This document shows, in pieces, positions 51,501 through 64,000 of a stretch of DNA of 64,000 nucleotides. Position 1 is the first letter of the stretch, and each line of letters opens with the position of its first letter. The stretch covers positions 310,001 to 374,000 of the forward strand of contig JASANG010003345.1 in assembly GCA_030248215.1 (NCBI GenBank). Direction: 5' to 3'. The position numbers were made by a program, and so were the translations under genes. This stretch comes from Enoplolaimus lenunculus (lineage: Eukaryota). Under the pieces are notes generated by a model. The model ran no database searches and was not told the DNA's origin. It saw only the letters and a program-made list of their open reading frames with translations.

Positions 51501-54500
51501 GCCACTATCTCGATCACTTTGCCGTCGTCTGGATAGACGACGACTGCTATTCATTGACCGATTGTCGACCCGACGTCGTCGAAGATTATTATCATCGATG
51601 ATATCGCATGGATGATTCGAAGGCGCAGCCGGTCGATCACCATTACGTCGTCGCTGACTATTGTGAATGTCGCGACTCTGATGCTCAGGAGACTCCGGTG
51701 ACAGATCGTTATGTTGCCGACGTGGCTGATGACGGGACAAAGAATGACGTCGGCGCGACGGAGAGCAGGCTTTATAATGCGGCGGTGACGGCGATTGCGA
51801 CGAATCGCATCTGTTATCGCACGATTGCGATCTTTGTCGATGCCGACGTCTCGACGAAGACCGCGATCGATTCCTCCTACTGTTATCATCGTCGTCGACA
51901 ACACGGCGTTTATCAGTCGATCGTTGCTGACGATCAGACACCGCGTATGTTGACTGTGTACGTCGTAGACCGTTGTTATGTCTGCTGCTGGCGTTGCGAC
52001 TCCCATCGTTTTGAACATAACATGAAATTGGTTTTTCACAAATAATTATCTTGGGCATTACTCAAATTATGAAACAAACGTTGAGTACAAAATAGCTTGT
52101 TAATACATGTAATCAACAAACTGTCAAGAAAAATAGGGAACTGTTGTTCACGCCGATACTAGTCTTTACATGAAGCACTGGTACGACCAACCACGTTGTA
52201 ATACACGACAGAACAGTTGTTTAGACAACAGCGTGTATACACACTCAAATGAAACCTAGGCAAGACCGAATCGAATATCTCTCGTCGCTAAATTCTGGCA
52301 TCCATCTAAAAATATATTGATACAGGAAACAAGTCAATTTACCCGAATCACTTCCATTCAAATTGAAAATAACGTACCATGACGTGTCTGCTCACGTCGA
52401 CTGTCGTCCTCCGTGTTAACTGGCAAAGACGTTGCTGAATCGTAAATGACGGCAATTTCTTCATCATTCCATACTGGGCTACTTCGCCGGCGACAAGCTT
52501 CCCCGTTGCCGTCTACATCGTTCATGTTTTCATCTAAACGAATTTCTTCATCTTGAGCACTGTTGTACGTTGCATCAACATATTTGAGGTAATTTTGAGG
52601 TAGACGATTACGGTATTCGCGAATGTTCATTTGACTATGCGTTCGTCGCATACGAGGATCCAATGGCCTTCAAACAAACAATCATAAACCAACGCTGTAT
52701 GAACACAAAAGTAGATATTAAAACGACCATTTTTGTCTGTAAACCTTCAAAAACGGCTATGTCTAAAATAAAGACAATTTTTCAGACATCTGCATAACGT
52801 AACTGCTTTAGACAGCATAATTTCTTCATTTGCTGTAAATGTGGTTCAAATTCGAGCGCGTAAAAACACTCTGCGGTGCTTGCTTGACAAAAACAGCAGT
52901 ACACTGTGCATAGAATTAAAGCAAGCCTATGTTAATGGAATATGCACGATGCTTAACTCATTAGCAACTGTGAAACCGTGCCCTACGGCTCTCTTCTAAA
53001 ATATTACATTGTGCTACCCTCAGGGTTAAACTGGATGCTCCGGTTAAGGTTTACCAAGCAAGCTACGGTTCCGATTCCAATTTGCTGGCAGGTTCCGGTC
53101 GAGTCAAGCCTCCTTTTAGTTACTGGCGCTTAAATATAGAATTTTTGTAAAATGTGTTCTCACATCGTATGAACAATACGCGGATGATACGGATGTTGCT
53201 CATAAAAATCGCTCAGTCTTCGGCAACTGTCACCCAACTCCGAGCGATTTAGCCGAGCCATGCGTTCGCGCTCCCAAGCCGCTGTCCCAGGAGGTAACAG
53301 AGGATTAGAGCTCTCGTTATTGTCTTCGCGCAACGAAGCTAATGAGCTTGATCTACTGCTAGCGCCGTCAGTGCCAATACGGACACAATTGACCTTACCA
53401 TCGCCAACACAATCTCCGCGATTGAAGTCTTGCAGACTAGACGCTGCAATCACACACAGTTATAAAATAGAACACTAACTATCCAATAAAAATGAAAAAG
53501 GATAAAAAGGAAATGTTACAGCTTGAATGGGTGGCGATTAAAAGTTTTAGAAAAAATGTAGCAGGAGCTAAAATTGTTCTCGGAACTAAATATAAAAGTT
53601 TAATACGACCATCACAGTGTCCGTTTTTCATTGAAGCTGTATGAATCAGGGTATCGCCGTTTATAACCATACTATTATGAAGAGCATGCTTTCAGTGTAA
53701 AAAATTGCATAACAAAAAAAGTTAGCAATTTTATTGTTATCAGCTGCGCTCTATTGCTTGGTAGCATGAATAATTTGGCCATGAAAAGTGTTCGGAGCCA
53801 CACTATTAAAATATAACTGTGATTCCTGTCCTGAGGTTTAGCTACTAACGGTGTTGTCCCCAACCGGCCAAAGCTCGCATGTTGCCTCCAGGTTGAGTAT
53901 TTTTTAGCCTTAAACGTTTAACTTTATGGACGTCAAGACATTGTTTAGTATAATTCTTCAGTTTTATTTCTACACAGCAAAATTCATGCTCCAAGATGTT
54001 CCGCCAAGTTTTAATTAAAGCATCAGACAACTGTATTACACGTAGCAAGACTGTATTTGATTGTAGAGAACAATCCTACAGACGTTCAGTTCATAAAGAG
54101 GTTCCTAGGACATAGCAATGTACCAGGAAATGACATTTGCCTATAAGCTGGCCAGAATGATATGTAAGGCCATTACATGGACCAGAACCATATTCAAACG
54201 TAGCATTAACGGCAACATTTAGTTAATTGAATAGAGCAGTGTGAAAATGGGCAGTTCGTTCATCTTACACACAACTCGGAATCTTTTTGCCTTTACGTAA
54301 CAACAAGAACTGGACATCTTATTTATGGAAACTGAACTAATTCACTGTTCATCCGGTCCAAATGAGACAGATAAAGGAAGTCAGTTTATTTTAAGTTGCA
54401 AAAAATGCAGGTCTACGTAGAAAAATCTTTGCATTAACAGTTGTTTAACAAGAGAGATCTACAAAGTTAGGTATTCATAAAATGATTCGTTTTCTCGTAG

Positions 54501-57500
54501 AATCTGATCAAATAGTTTAGAACTGCTTGCCAATAATTGCCGCTCTAGTAACAATAGATGGCACTGTAATGGGCCTCTGTAGTTTGCACACGTTCATAGC
54601 CATTTTTGACAACACATAACAGATCATTACTAATATTAGCAAATTAAACACTATTTTAGTTATATAATTTCGCTCCACCCCCGGCTCCGACAGACCTTTT
54701 TAACCTCTAACCTTGGAACCGGTATTTTTCACCTCCGGTTGCACCCCGCAAATTGCTTAGCAACACGGACGTTTCAACTTTACGTGCGATTTGATTGATT
54801 TGCAGAACTGGTTTATATGGGAATCGGAACAGGTGATTTTTACCTAAATCGGGACTACAAAGTTCGTGACTAAAAAACGTCGCATGAACAAATCACCGAT
54901 GATTTTTGATTCTCCCCGTGCGTGTGATGGATAGGTAAATTAAATTGGTAAACGCGGGAATTTGAGCTGTTTGCGAATAGGTTTACTTCTCTGTCGACCG
55001 TCTTGTGAACGTCGGTCCAAGTCCATTTGACTCATTTCGTTGACTAGCTTTTCGTGCTGTCGGCGCCATTCTCGATATCCACGTCTGTAATCTGGCTTCA
55101 AAAAATCTTCCTCTGTTACGCGTTCGGTCCAATTTTCCTGACATACATAACATAGATACTTGTGATAAAGCAGCAAAATATTTTCGCAAGAGTTCAGAAA
55201 CGAAATCCGAGCAATTTCGAAATCACACACGCAAACCGCTACATACTGGTACACACATATGCAAGGATGGATGTTTTCCAGTAGTAACCAAATTCAGAAG
55301 TTTACTAATACAGAATTAACAAATTACTATTTGATTTATCACCAACTGTCAGTTGAAAGATTTTTAATTAGGCGAAAAACCATTTTCAAAACCGATCGTC
55401 TTTTGGTTTCGGATTTTTTTATGTTAAAACCCCACATGACTTAAAAATGAGACCGGAACAGTAAATACAATGTCGAGACCGAAATCAAAATAGACCGCTC
55501 ATCCATTAACATATGTAAATGGTATATACCTTGCGTAAATTTGAAAATATTCGCTGATCAGCGTCTGCGCCAACGGGTAGAAATCCAGGCCCGTAACAAT
55601 CTTCCGGCCGCGGGATAGGATCAGACGCAGGTGCATTCCGTTTACTGGGAGGCTTCGGCCTCATAATGCCTTGAACTGACAAACATCGCCAACCGGGCCA
55701 TTTTGTCTGTGGTTCTGCGTTGAATTTTACCAAATCTCCTGCTCGCAGTATATTTTGAATGTCGAATGATGTTTTAGGGAACAATGCGTGTCTGTTAAAA
55801 AATACTGGCCGATTTTCTTTTTGTTCATTCAAATATCTAAAAATTAAAAGAAACAGTCAAAAATTATACATTGATATTTAACCTGTTTGGCGTTAGGCCA
55901 TATTGCAGTTAGATAATATTGACTGCATAATGCTTCGTTTTTATAAATAATGTACTTAGTTTCTCTCTCAAAATCAATTTTATTTGCCATTATCATTTTT
56001 GATTAATACTTTTATAGCGTACTTCAAACCACATCACTGCATACATACGTACAACTTGTTAAACTCGTAAAAGAAACCAACAACTTGAATGACCAAAATA
56101 ATTGTCGACTTTTCAGACGCTACGTAATTAGAAATAAAGGTACCAAAAAGAAATTTTTCTTTTTTCTGAAACCTACCACTAGGGTCAAATTGAAATTTAA
56201 TCCATTTTGTGTAAAAAGTTAGTCTACAATATGGTAATAAATAGAAAAGGTTTACGCGTCAATTCGATATTTTAGATGCAACAACGCCTGGATTGGCAGA
56301 TAAACAAACGACGTACCCATGTTTTTGCGACAAAATCTTCACCGTTCCATATCCAGAATATTTCACTGCGCGTTTGTTCGGTTCAATGCATCTTAGAGAA
56401 TTCACGCACACTTTGAGCTTGCAATTGTTGTAAAATGCTTGTGGCTCAGCATCAAACAGCACTCTATCACCCTGAAACAAAATCAAAAATAAAAATAAAT
56501 ATATTTGCACAAGACGTTTTCCGACGAATTTGAAACTACAAATTTTAACATTAACATTTAAGACGATTGAGCTTCAAATAATTCAAACACTCTAACACTG
56601 TTATACTAATAACAAATTCAGCCAGCATTTCGTTTTTATTTACAAAAGAAAAATGAAGCTGTAAAACACTCGCTTATCTACGACTAACCTTTGAAAACAA
56701 ATACGATAAATCAGGAGAAGGATCATCAGGTTTGCGATCAGCGACATCCAATCGATGAAAAAATGCCCACATATCCAAAAATGGGCAATAGATGAAACCA
56801 AACTTCGATGTAACCTAAAACGAAATATCCACGTCACATACACAATAACAGCACGTCAACCGGGATGTTAGGTAATCTTATTAGCTGTAGCGTAAATGTT
56901 TAGCGGAACAACAATGTTCCACCGGACATAATGTCCTAACCAGAATTTGCGAAGTTCGAACCCTGTTGCTGCGGTGGTTACGTCTTTAACAAGACGCAGG
57001 AACCCGAAGTATTTACGGTTTTGTTTCAAATTAATAATCTATCGCTCAAAAACTAAAAATTTCGCATTTGAAAGACTAATCCAAAATCAATAATTATACA
57101 ATAACTCAATTGAAAACGACACAGCTAACTTCCTATACAAAAAACAAAGCTGTGTCAGGCGAAATCCAATGGCTGCGGTAGTTCAAAAGGTTACACACTG
57201 AGCCTAAAACCCAAAACCGAGATATCACTTTTCATATGCTCAACGTTCACTATGAATCGAGATTTATAATGTATTTGTTGTTTTTCAAACGAAAAATTAT
57301 ACTTTGTGCTTTTTAGTTTGATTTTATTAGTATTTTATTAGTTAATTAGTAATTGTTAGCAAAACAAGGTTTCAACAGGACCTAAATTTTACCGGAAGAG
57401 GAATTCCGATTCCTGCGTTCTGCAATGCCGGAATAGGAATTCCGGTGAAATCCTGGCAGATACATCCAGTTTTTACGCTATAAAATAAACACCATTGAAA

Positions 57501-58011
57501 ACGGCAGTCAAAATTATTGTAACAAAATTTCATTTTCGTTTTCGATAACGGTGCAAAAATTGACCATGGCCAAAGCCAGGAGTCTCAGTTTCCAGCGCAA
57601 AACCATAGATGGAACCATAAGTATTTTAGCGAATTTTATGTTGATTTCAAATTCTAATGAAAATAATAAATTTGTTCGGCATATTTATTTATTCAGCACA
57701 GTTGCAAACTCAATTCAGCAAGCGAAGGACGAGAAATATCGCGATGAATGGTCAAAATTTTTATGTTTAGTCTGCTGAAAAAAATTCAGCTAACTTTTGA
57801 GCTAAAACTTTCAACATCAAAATAAATTTAACTGAGATTTTTGTCCCATATGGCACCGCCTTCATCAGCGGTGGCCAGTTCCGCCCCGCCCCATAGGGCC
57901 TCCAATTCCATCGTTGACAGAGACCGCTTATCCCAAATCTTCCGCCACATATACGTATACACGTACCTTTACAACGGTTCCTTCGGCGTCAATGATACGC
58001 ATAGTCGACAT
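48577..58011 (-). CDS. Uncharacterised putative RNA-binding protein: two tandem cold-shock-like OB domains plus a long RS/RD-rich low-complexity region; 11 exons, about 965 aa
   Basis: Phase-consistent exons: 58011-57967, 56814-56689, 56471-56317, 55836-55530, 55137-54987, 53443-53164, 52667-52378, 52060-51185, 50102-49963, 49514-49272, 48861-48577. Repeat 1: GTVVKVTSKFGFIY..WAFFHRLDV..FSKGDRVLFDAEPQ. Repeat 2: GTVKILSQKHGYLN..PVFFNRHAL..LRAGDLVKFNAEPQ. Both carry RNP1- and RNP2-like motifs. The start codon and last exon are less certain; the frame is open upstream to an acceptor near 58109. Confidence 0.75.
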
Positions 58012-60483
58012 TTTTCGGCTTGGACAACTCGTGGCATCCAATACAAAGCAGTCACCAGCAAAGTAGCAAATCAACCATATATATACTCCAACGCTCTGCC
58101 GATAAAATCCTACACTCACACTACATCAAACTTTGTGAGATTAGCCACAAAATGACTATGTAAAAATATTTCACTAGATTGCTGCTAAAAAGAATGCATG
58201 AAAAGACAAACGTGTATATATAATTATATATTATGGTTAACCGATACTGTTAAATACCGATATGGAAATCCCAAGATGCAAAGCGGAACTGGATTATACC
58301 GGAGTCGTAATCGGAACTATTTAGCGTGTCTGTTGGCTGGTAGCAATTTTCAAAAACATCGCATGAACAAATTGGCGATTGTTTTTGGTTCTGTAACGCT
58401 AAATTGCAATCAATTATTGATAAGTTAACTCATCGAAAGCAATTTAAATTTTTATTCAACGATTACATAGAGTAAGATAAAAATTAAAATTTCAAAATTC
58501 CGATTCCGATTCCTGGAAGATACCGATATCTGACCAATACTTGAGTTGTGCCCCATACTGAAGAACATGGAAATTGGAAATAAATATCACCAACGATTAA
58601 TGCAAATATTACTCCCACGCTCTGAAATCTAACCTTGCTTGGAGTCAGTAACATAACGGGCTAATCCACCATTCCATGTGTTGTAGCTTTGTGTTTTCAA
58701 CTTTCAGAACTATTGCGTCCATGTTCCCACCTTAGAAAATCTGAGTTTTCGAAAACCGTTTAAAATCAACCTTAATTTCGGTTAAGCTTTCGCGTCTGAG
58801 AAACTAAAACCACCTCGCAAACACAGAAATACCGGTGAACAAGTGAACCAGTGTCTTCAAGCAACTTTTCGTGGTTGCTCGCCCCTCTCGTATCGCGAAA
58901 CACTCTCATTCAGCTCGTATCGCAGAATGCTTCTAGTAATCATAAAAACAACTGCGCTCACAACTGAAGCGCAAGCAACAGTCCTGTAGGGTATATTTAG
59001 ATGGCGTAAGCTACACTCAACTCAATATTCAAAACTGCCCAGGTAAGAGTATATATACTTAAACGCTACTTTGTGAACACATGTGAAACCCCAGCACTAT
59101 AGAAATGCTGCACATTCGTGCAACTAGGGCTACTAGTAGCTTTTCAACTTGGACAACGCAATGCGCTGTCAGATTAAAGTTACAAACTTGATGTCTCCCC
59201 ACCGTCAAAACGACATTTTTGAGAACAATTTTCACTGATCTTCATGAAGAAACTTCTATTTTTTCTGAATTTTGTGGAAGCAAGAACATTTTTCCTGATT
59301 GAAAAGCTGGAAAATTATAAACAATGTGGGTGTAAACTTTTGCTACGTTCTTCGAAAGAGCACCAAGGATTCAATGAACGGACGTCATATCAATCTGTAT
59401 CTAGTGAGACGCAGAAACGTACGTGGGCGTATGATGGCGAACGTTATGCCTTAATTCTACGCTACACTGTCATGACATAAAAATTTCATAATCTGATATC
59501 ATTATCTGACATCGTAATATTACGAATACAGAACACAGTTCAACTCTCGCTCCCATCATTCATTTTCCGCTAAACACAGTCAAGGTTAGCGTACGTATAT
59601 GATATATAAAGATTCCACCGTACTCAGACAACGTTTCATGAAAAAAACTCATTCAAATCAAACATTTAAAGGAAGTAATGGAAAAATTATATATACAAAT
59701 TAAACGCGCCATAAATAATACCACGATAACCTTGCATCACTTATATTAAAGGGTGCAATTGAATATCCGGTTCCAGTTTGATATCCGGCAAAAAACCGAT
59801 ATCCGTATCCGGTATAAACCTACCGGATATTTACGGTTGCGGTTTCGAATACCATACACATAAAGCTGCCTTTGACAATTAGCAGTGTTCCAACAGGAAC
59901 TAAATGTTGCCGGCACAGGAACAGGAACAGGGATTGAATCTCTTAGCAGAAACCAGAATTTGAAAATAATTTTCGTCACCGAATTACTGTTGGACTGTTT
60001 AGAAAACTTGGCAAAAATTGCTTTGAGCGAATTTTCATCTATGTCATTATCAAGTTTGCGAAAACCCATAAGAGACAGTTTATTACCAAAATTTAACTAA
60101 TTTCAAAACAACTGGTTTCGAAATAAATTGTTAAAGATAAAGTTTCCAATATTTAAGTGACTGCGAATAATTTGCCACAAAACCGAAAAAATTCCGGTTC
60201 CTGCAACTTTGAATGCAGGAAAAGGAACAGGAATTGAATTTTTATAGGAATTCCTGTTGAACCCTGACGATTAGACATGTTTAGCATCTTGCTGCGAATA
60301 GTTTTCTGGTAAACAAATTTTCAGCTATTCACATCATCACATTTTGCGAATACATGCCATAACAGTTTATTAACAAAATTGAGCTATATAATTGCAAGAA
60401 CACTCATTTCGAAATAACAAATTTTGAAAGACAAAATTTACAAAATTTCAATGATTATTAACCAGTCGTAGTGGGACTACATG

Positions 60484-61901
60484 TATTGAGCGAGGCTCGA
60501 ACACACGAAAGCAGTTCTAATATGCAAGTTAGTTATTAGCTAACTATTCATTTATTTGTTTTGGACGTTTGTAAACAATTTATTCAGATTCCTCGCGCTC
60601 AAAAACCTTTCAGTAACCGTAATAATTTGAGAAATAATTTAAAAAGCCATTATTTAGGCTTATCAATTAAGCTAATATGCAAGTTAGTTATTAGCTACCT
60701 ATTCGATAATCGATTTTGAACGTTTGTAGACCGTTTATTCAGATTCCTCGCACCCAAAAACCCATTAATGCTCAAATTGGATTGCTTGTAATCCTAATAA
60801 TTACTGAAATATTGCAAAAACGCCTAATTTAGGCTTATCAATTATGCTTATTGCAAACTATCTATTAGCTAACTATTCAATTATCAGTGTTAGACGTTTG
60901 TAAACAATTTATTCAGATCCTTCGTACCCAAAAACCTTCAGTAAACCCTAATAATTACTGAAATAATTTTAGAAGATCTAATTTGGCGTTGTCAATTAAG
61001 CTAATATGCAAATTAACTGTTAGCTAACTGTTCAATTATCGGTTTTCGAGGTTTCTAAGCAATTTATTCAGATTCCTCGCACCCAAAAACCTTCAGTAAA
61101 CCCTAATAATTATTGAAATTTAAAAAGTCCTAGGTTTGTCTTGTCAATTAAGCTAATATGCAAATTAGTTATTACCTAGCTATTCAATTATTGGCTTTGG
61201 AGGTTTGTACACAATTTGCTTAAAATCCTCGCATCTAAAAATCCTTTAGTGCTGAAATTAGAATGCTTTTAACCATTATAATTAGTGAAATATAGTAAAA
61301 ACGCGTAATTTAGGCTTATCAATTTATGCTCATATACAAATTGTCTATTACCTAACTACTCAATTATCGGTTTTGGAGGTTTGTAAACAATTCGTTCAAA
61401 CTTCTCGCATCTAAAAACCCTTTAGTGCTGAAATTGTATTGCTTTTAACCATAACAATTAGTGAAATATTGTAAAAAGTCCTAATTTAGGCTTATAAGCT
61501 ATGCTAATATGCAAATTATCTATTAGTTAACTACTCAATTATCGGTTTTGGAGATTTGTAAACAGTCTATTCTGATTCCTCGCACCCAAAAACCTTTAAT
61601 GCTGAAGTTAGATTGCTTATAACTGTAATAATTAGCGGAATAACGTAGAAAGTCCTAATTTAGGCTTAATTAATTATGCAAATTAGCCTGAAGCTAATGA
61701 ACGGATCAAAATTTTAAAATCCCAATGCGACGTAACACCCCAGGATAATTGGCTTTCAAACAAAAAAATTTATCCAAATCGGTTCAGCCGTTCCTGAGAT
61801 TCTTTTCGGACGGACATCCACCTTTCAACCCCCAAGTACAAAACATAAAACGCTTCGCGAAACTCCGAGCTTCGTTTTCGGAGTTTCGCTTCTCTCAATA
61901 A
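60484..61901 (+). mobile_element. Non-autonomous Helentron/DINE-like element with about 7 internal tandem repeats of 152-175 bp
   Basis: Short terminal inverted repeats (TATTGAGCGAGGC / GCTTCTCTCAATA). 3' stem-loop GCGAAACTCCGA-n9-TCGGAGTTTCGC at 61857-61889. AAATCGGTTCAGCCGTT...GGACGGACA block. Units begin near 60520, 60675, 60849, 61005, 61157, 61333 and 61507. Confidence 0.75.
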
Positions 61902-62576
61902 TTTGCCACAAAACCGTAAAAATTCCTGTTTCTGCATCTTTAACTGCAGGAACAGAAATTGATCCGGTTGTACTCTGATATATTTTTATATCCAAAATTA
62001 CAATTTACAGAAACCGGAACCGAAATTTGAAAAAATTACCGGAAACGGAACCGGAAAATGAAAAATACATGCCACCGAAAAATTCATTTTCTTTCTTTTC
62101 GCAATACTAGTGAAATAACACTAGTTGGAGAAAGCTATTCACTTCATATATGTGCTGTAGAAATCTACTTTCGATGGTTTATTTTCGGCGATTGTCAAGG
62201 TGGTCAAAAATTGCCGGAACCGGAAGGTCAAAAATTGCCGAAATCGGAACCAGAATTCCGGTTGCATTATGAATATATAATAATATACAGATTTGACACG
62301 TTAAGGTAACCATTCAGCTGAATTTTTCCAATTTGGCTAGTTTACAAAAATATGGTGACGACAGATACACACAAAATCCCAGCCTCCAGCTGTTGATGCA
62401 AATCAGTTTCGATAACAGTTATTTCGCTGAAATATATACGTTAAAGCGTAATGCAAAAAAGAACAAACAATACTTATCAGGGTGCAACCGGAATTCTGAT
62501 TACAATTAGAATTCCGATTCCATTTACAATTTTGATTTCGATTACACAATCAATCGGAATCTGAATTTTGAAATTT

Positions 62577-62882
62577 TAATCATATGAACACGATAGTGTT
62601 CATATATATGATTCGCGCATCTCAAGCGCGTATTTTCAGTTTAGTTCGCATGTTGGTGCTCAAGTAATATCAGACCGGTATCGTTTAAATTTTGTACACT
62701 GGTATCCTGGTACGTAGGGAATATTTGTGCCAAAGGATTTTGCAAACCAGTGTGGTCTTGAATAGTTACGGTCAAAAAACTCCTTACAGAAAGTGCACGA
62801 AATTTTCCATTTTGGTTCAACAGTTTTTACACGTTAGCTAAGTAATTTTACGATTATAACTTTCACCACTTTATAGAGCTTA
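62577..62882. mobile_element. Conserved flank of the 18-bp-array element, copy 2
   Basis: Homologous to 36648-36942. Perfect 10-bp stem ATATGAACAC-GATA-GTGTTCATAT at 62582-62605. Confidence 0.65.
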
Positions 62883-64000
62883 CGGTTGGTTTCACCCCAA
62901 CGGTTGGTTTCACCCCAACGGTTAGTTTCACCCCAACGGTTAGTTTCACCCCAACGGTTGGTTATGCCCCAACGGTTGGTTTCACCCCAACGGGTGGTTT
63001 CACCCCAACAGTCGGTTTTACCCCAACGGTTGGTTTCACCCCAACGGTTGGTTTCACCCCAACGGTTGGTTTTGCCCCAACGGTTGGTTTCACCCCAACG
63101 GTTGGTTTCACCCCAACAGTCGGTTTCTCCCCAACGGTTGGTTTCACCTCAACGGTTGGTTTTGCCCCAACGGTTGGTTTCACCTCAACGGTTGGTTTCA
63201 TCCCAACGGTTGGTTTCACCCCAACGGTTGGTTTTAACCCAACGGTTAGTTTCACCCCAACGGTTAGTTTCACCCCAACGGTTGGTTATGCCCCAACGGT
63301 TGGTTTCACCCCAACGGGTGGTTTCACCCCAACAGTCGGTTTTACCCCAACGGTTGGTTTCACCCCAACGGTTGGTTTCACCCCAACGGTTGGTTTTGCC
63401 CCAACGGTTGGTTTCACCCCAACGGTTGGTTTCACCCCAACAGTCGGTTTCACCCCAACAGTCGGTTTCACCCCAACGGTTGGTTTCACCCCAACGGTTA
63501 GTTTCACCCCAACGGTTGGTTATGCCCCAACGGTTGGTTTCACCCCAACGGGTGGTTTCACCCCAACAGTCGGTTTTACCCCAACGGTTGGTTTCACCCC
63601 AACGGTTGGTTTCACCCCAACGGTTGGTTTTGCCCCAACGGTTGGTTTCACCCCAACGGTTGGTTTCACCCCAACAGTCGGTTTCTCCCCAACGGTTGGT
63701 TTCACCTCAACGGTTGGTTTTGCCCCAACGGTTGGTTTCACCTCAACGGCTGGTTTCATCCCAACGGTTGGTTTCACCCCAACGGTTGGTTTTGACCCAA
63801 CGGTTGGTTTTGCCCCAACGGTTGGTTTCACCCCAACGGTTGGTTTCACCCCAACAGTCGGTTTCTCCCCAACGGTTGTTTCACCTCAACGGTTGGTTTT
63901 GCCCCAACGGTTGGTTTTGCCCCAACGGTTGGTTTTACCCCAACGGTTGGTTTCACCCCAACTGTTGGTTTCACCCCAACGGTTGGTCTCACCCCAACAG
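62883..64000. repeat. Second copy of the 18-bp minisatellite, about 62 units visible, running off the window
   Basis: Same unit and orientation as 36943-38438. Confidence 0.98.

Noticed and set aside
51242..52045. Overlapping ORFs of 91-162 aa in other frames and on the opposite strand
   Set aside because: They are shadows of the GC-rich 876-nt exon 52060-51185.
1..58011. Four co-oriented minus-strand genes as a nematode-style operon
   Set aside because: Intergenic gaps of about 4.4, 6.8 and 13.4 kb are filled with repeats, there is no functional link, and there is no trans-splicing evidence.

Overview
AT-rich, intron-containing animal genomic DNA, not prokaryotic. Dispersed (TTAGGC)n tracts suggest a nematode or nematode-like invertebrate, but this is inference. 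Manual GT-AG splicing gives four protein-coding genes, all on the minus strand. (1) The 5' part of an EFF-1/AFF-1-family (fusexin) cell-cell fusogen, <1-1598; its diagnostic exon runs off the window edge and is missing from the ORF track. (2) A 22-exon FAM91A1 orthologue, 15045-27078, about 872 aa. (3) A complete 7-exon CYP2-clan cytochrome P450, 31483-41734, about 494 aa. (4) An 11-exon, about 965-aa protein I cannot assign to a family, with two tandem cold-shock-like domains and a long Arg/Ser/Asp-rich tail, 48577-58011. Introns and intergenic DNA hold many non-autonomous elements: TIR elements carrying TTAGGC repeats, nested PIF/Harbinger-like and CACTG-ended MITEs with visible target-site duplications, a decayed CR1-type LINE, and two Helentron-like families carrying 18-bp or about 170-bp tandem arrays. 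All exon boundaries and family calls were made by eye and need RNA-seq and HMM confirmation.
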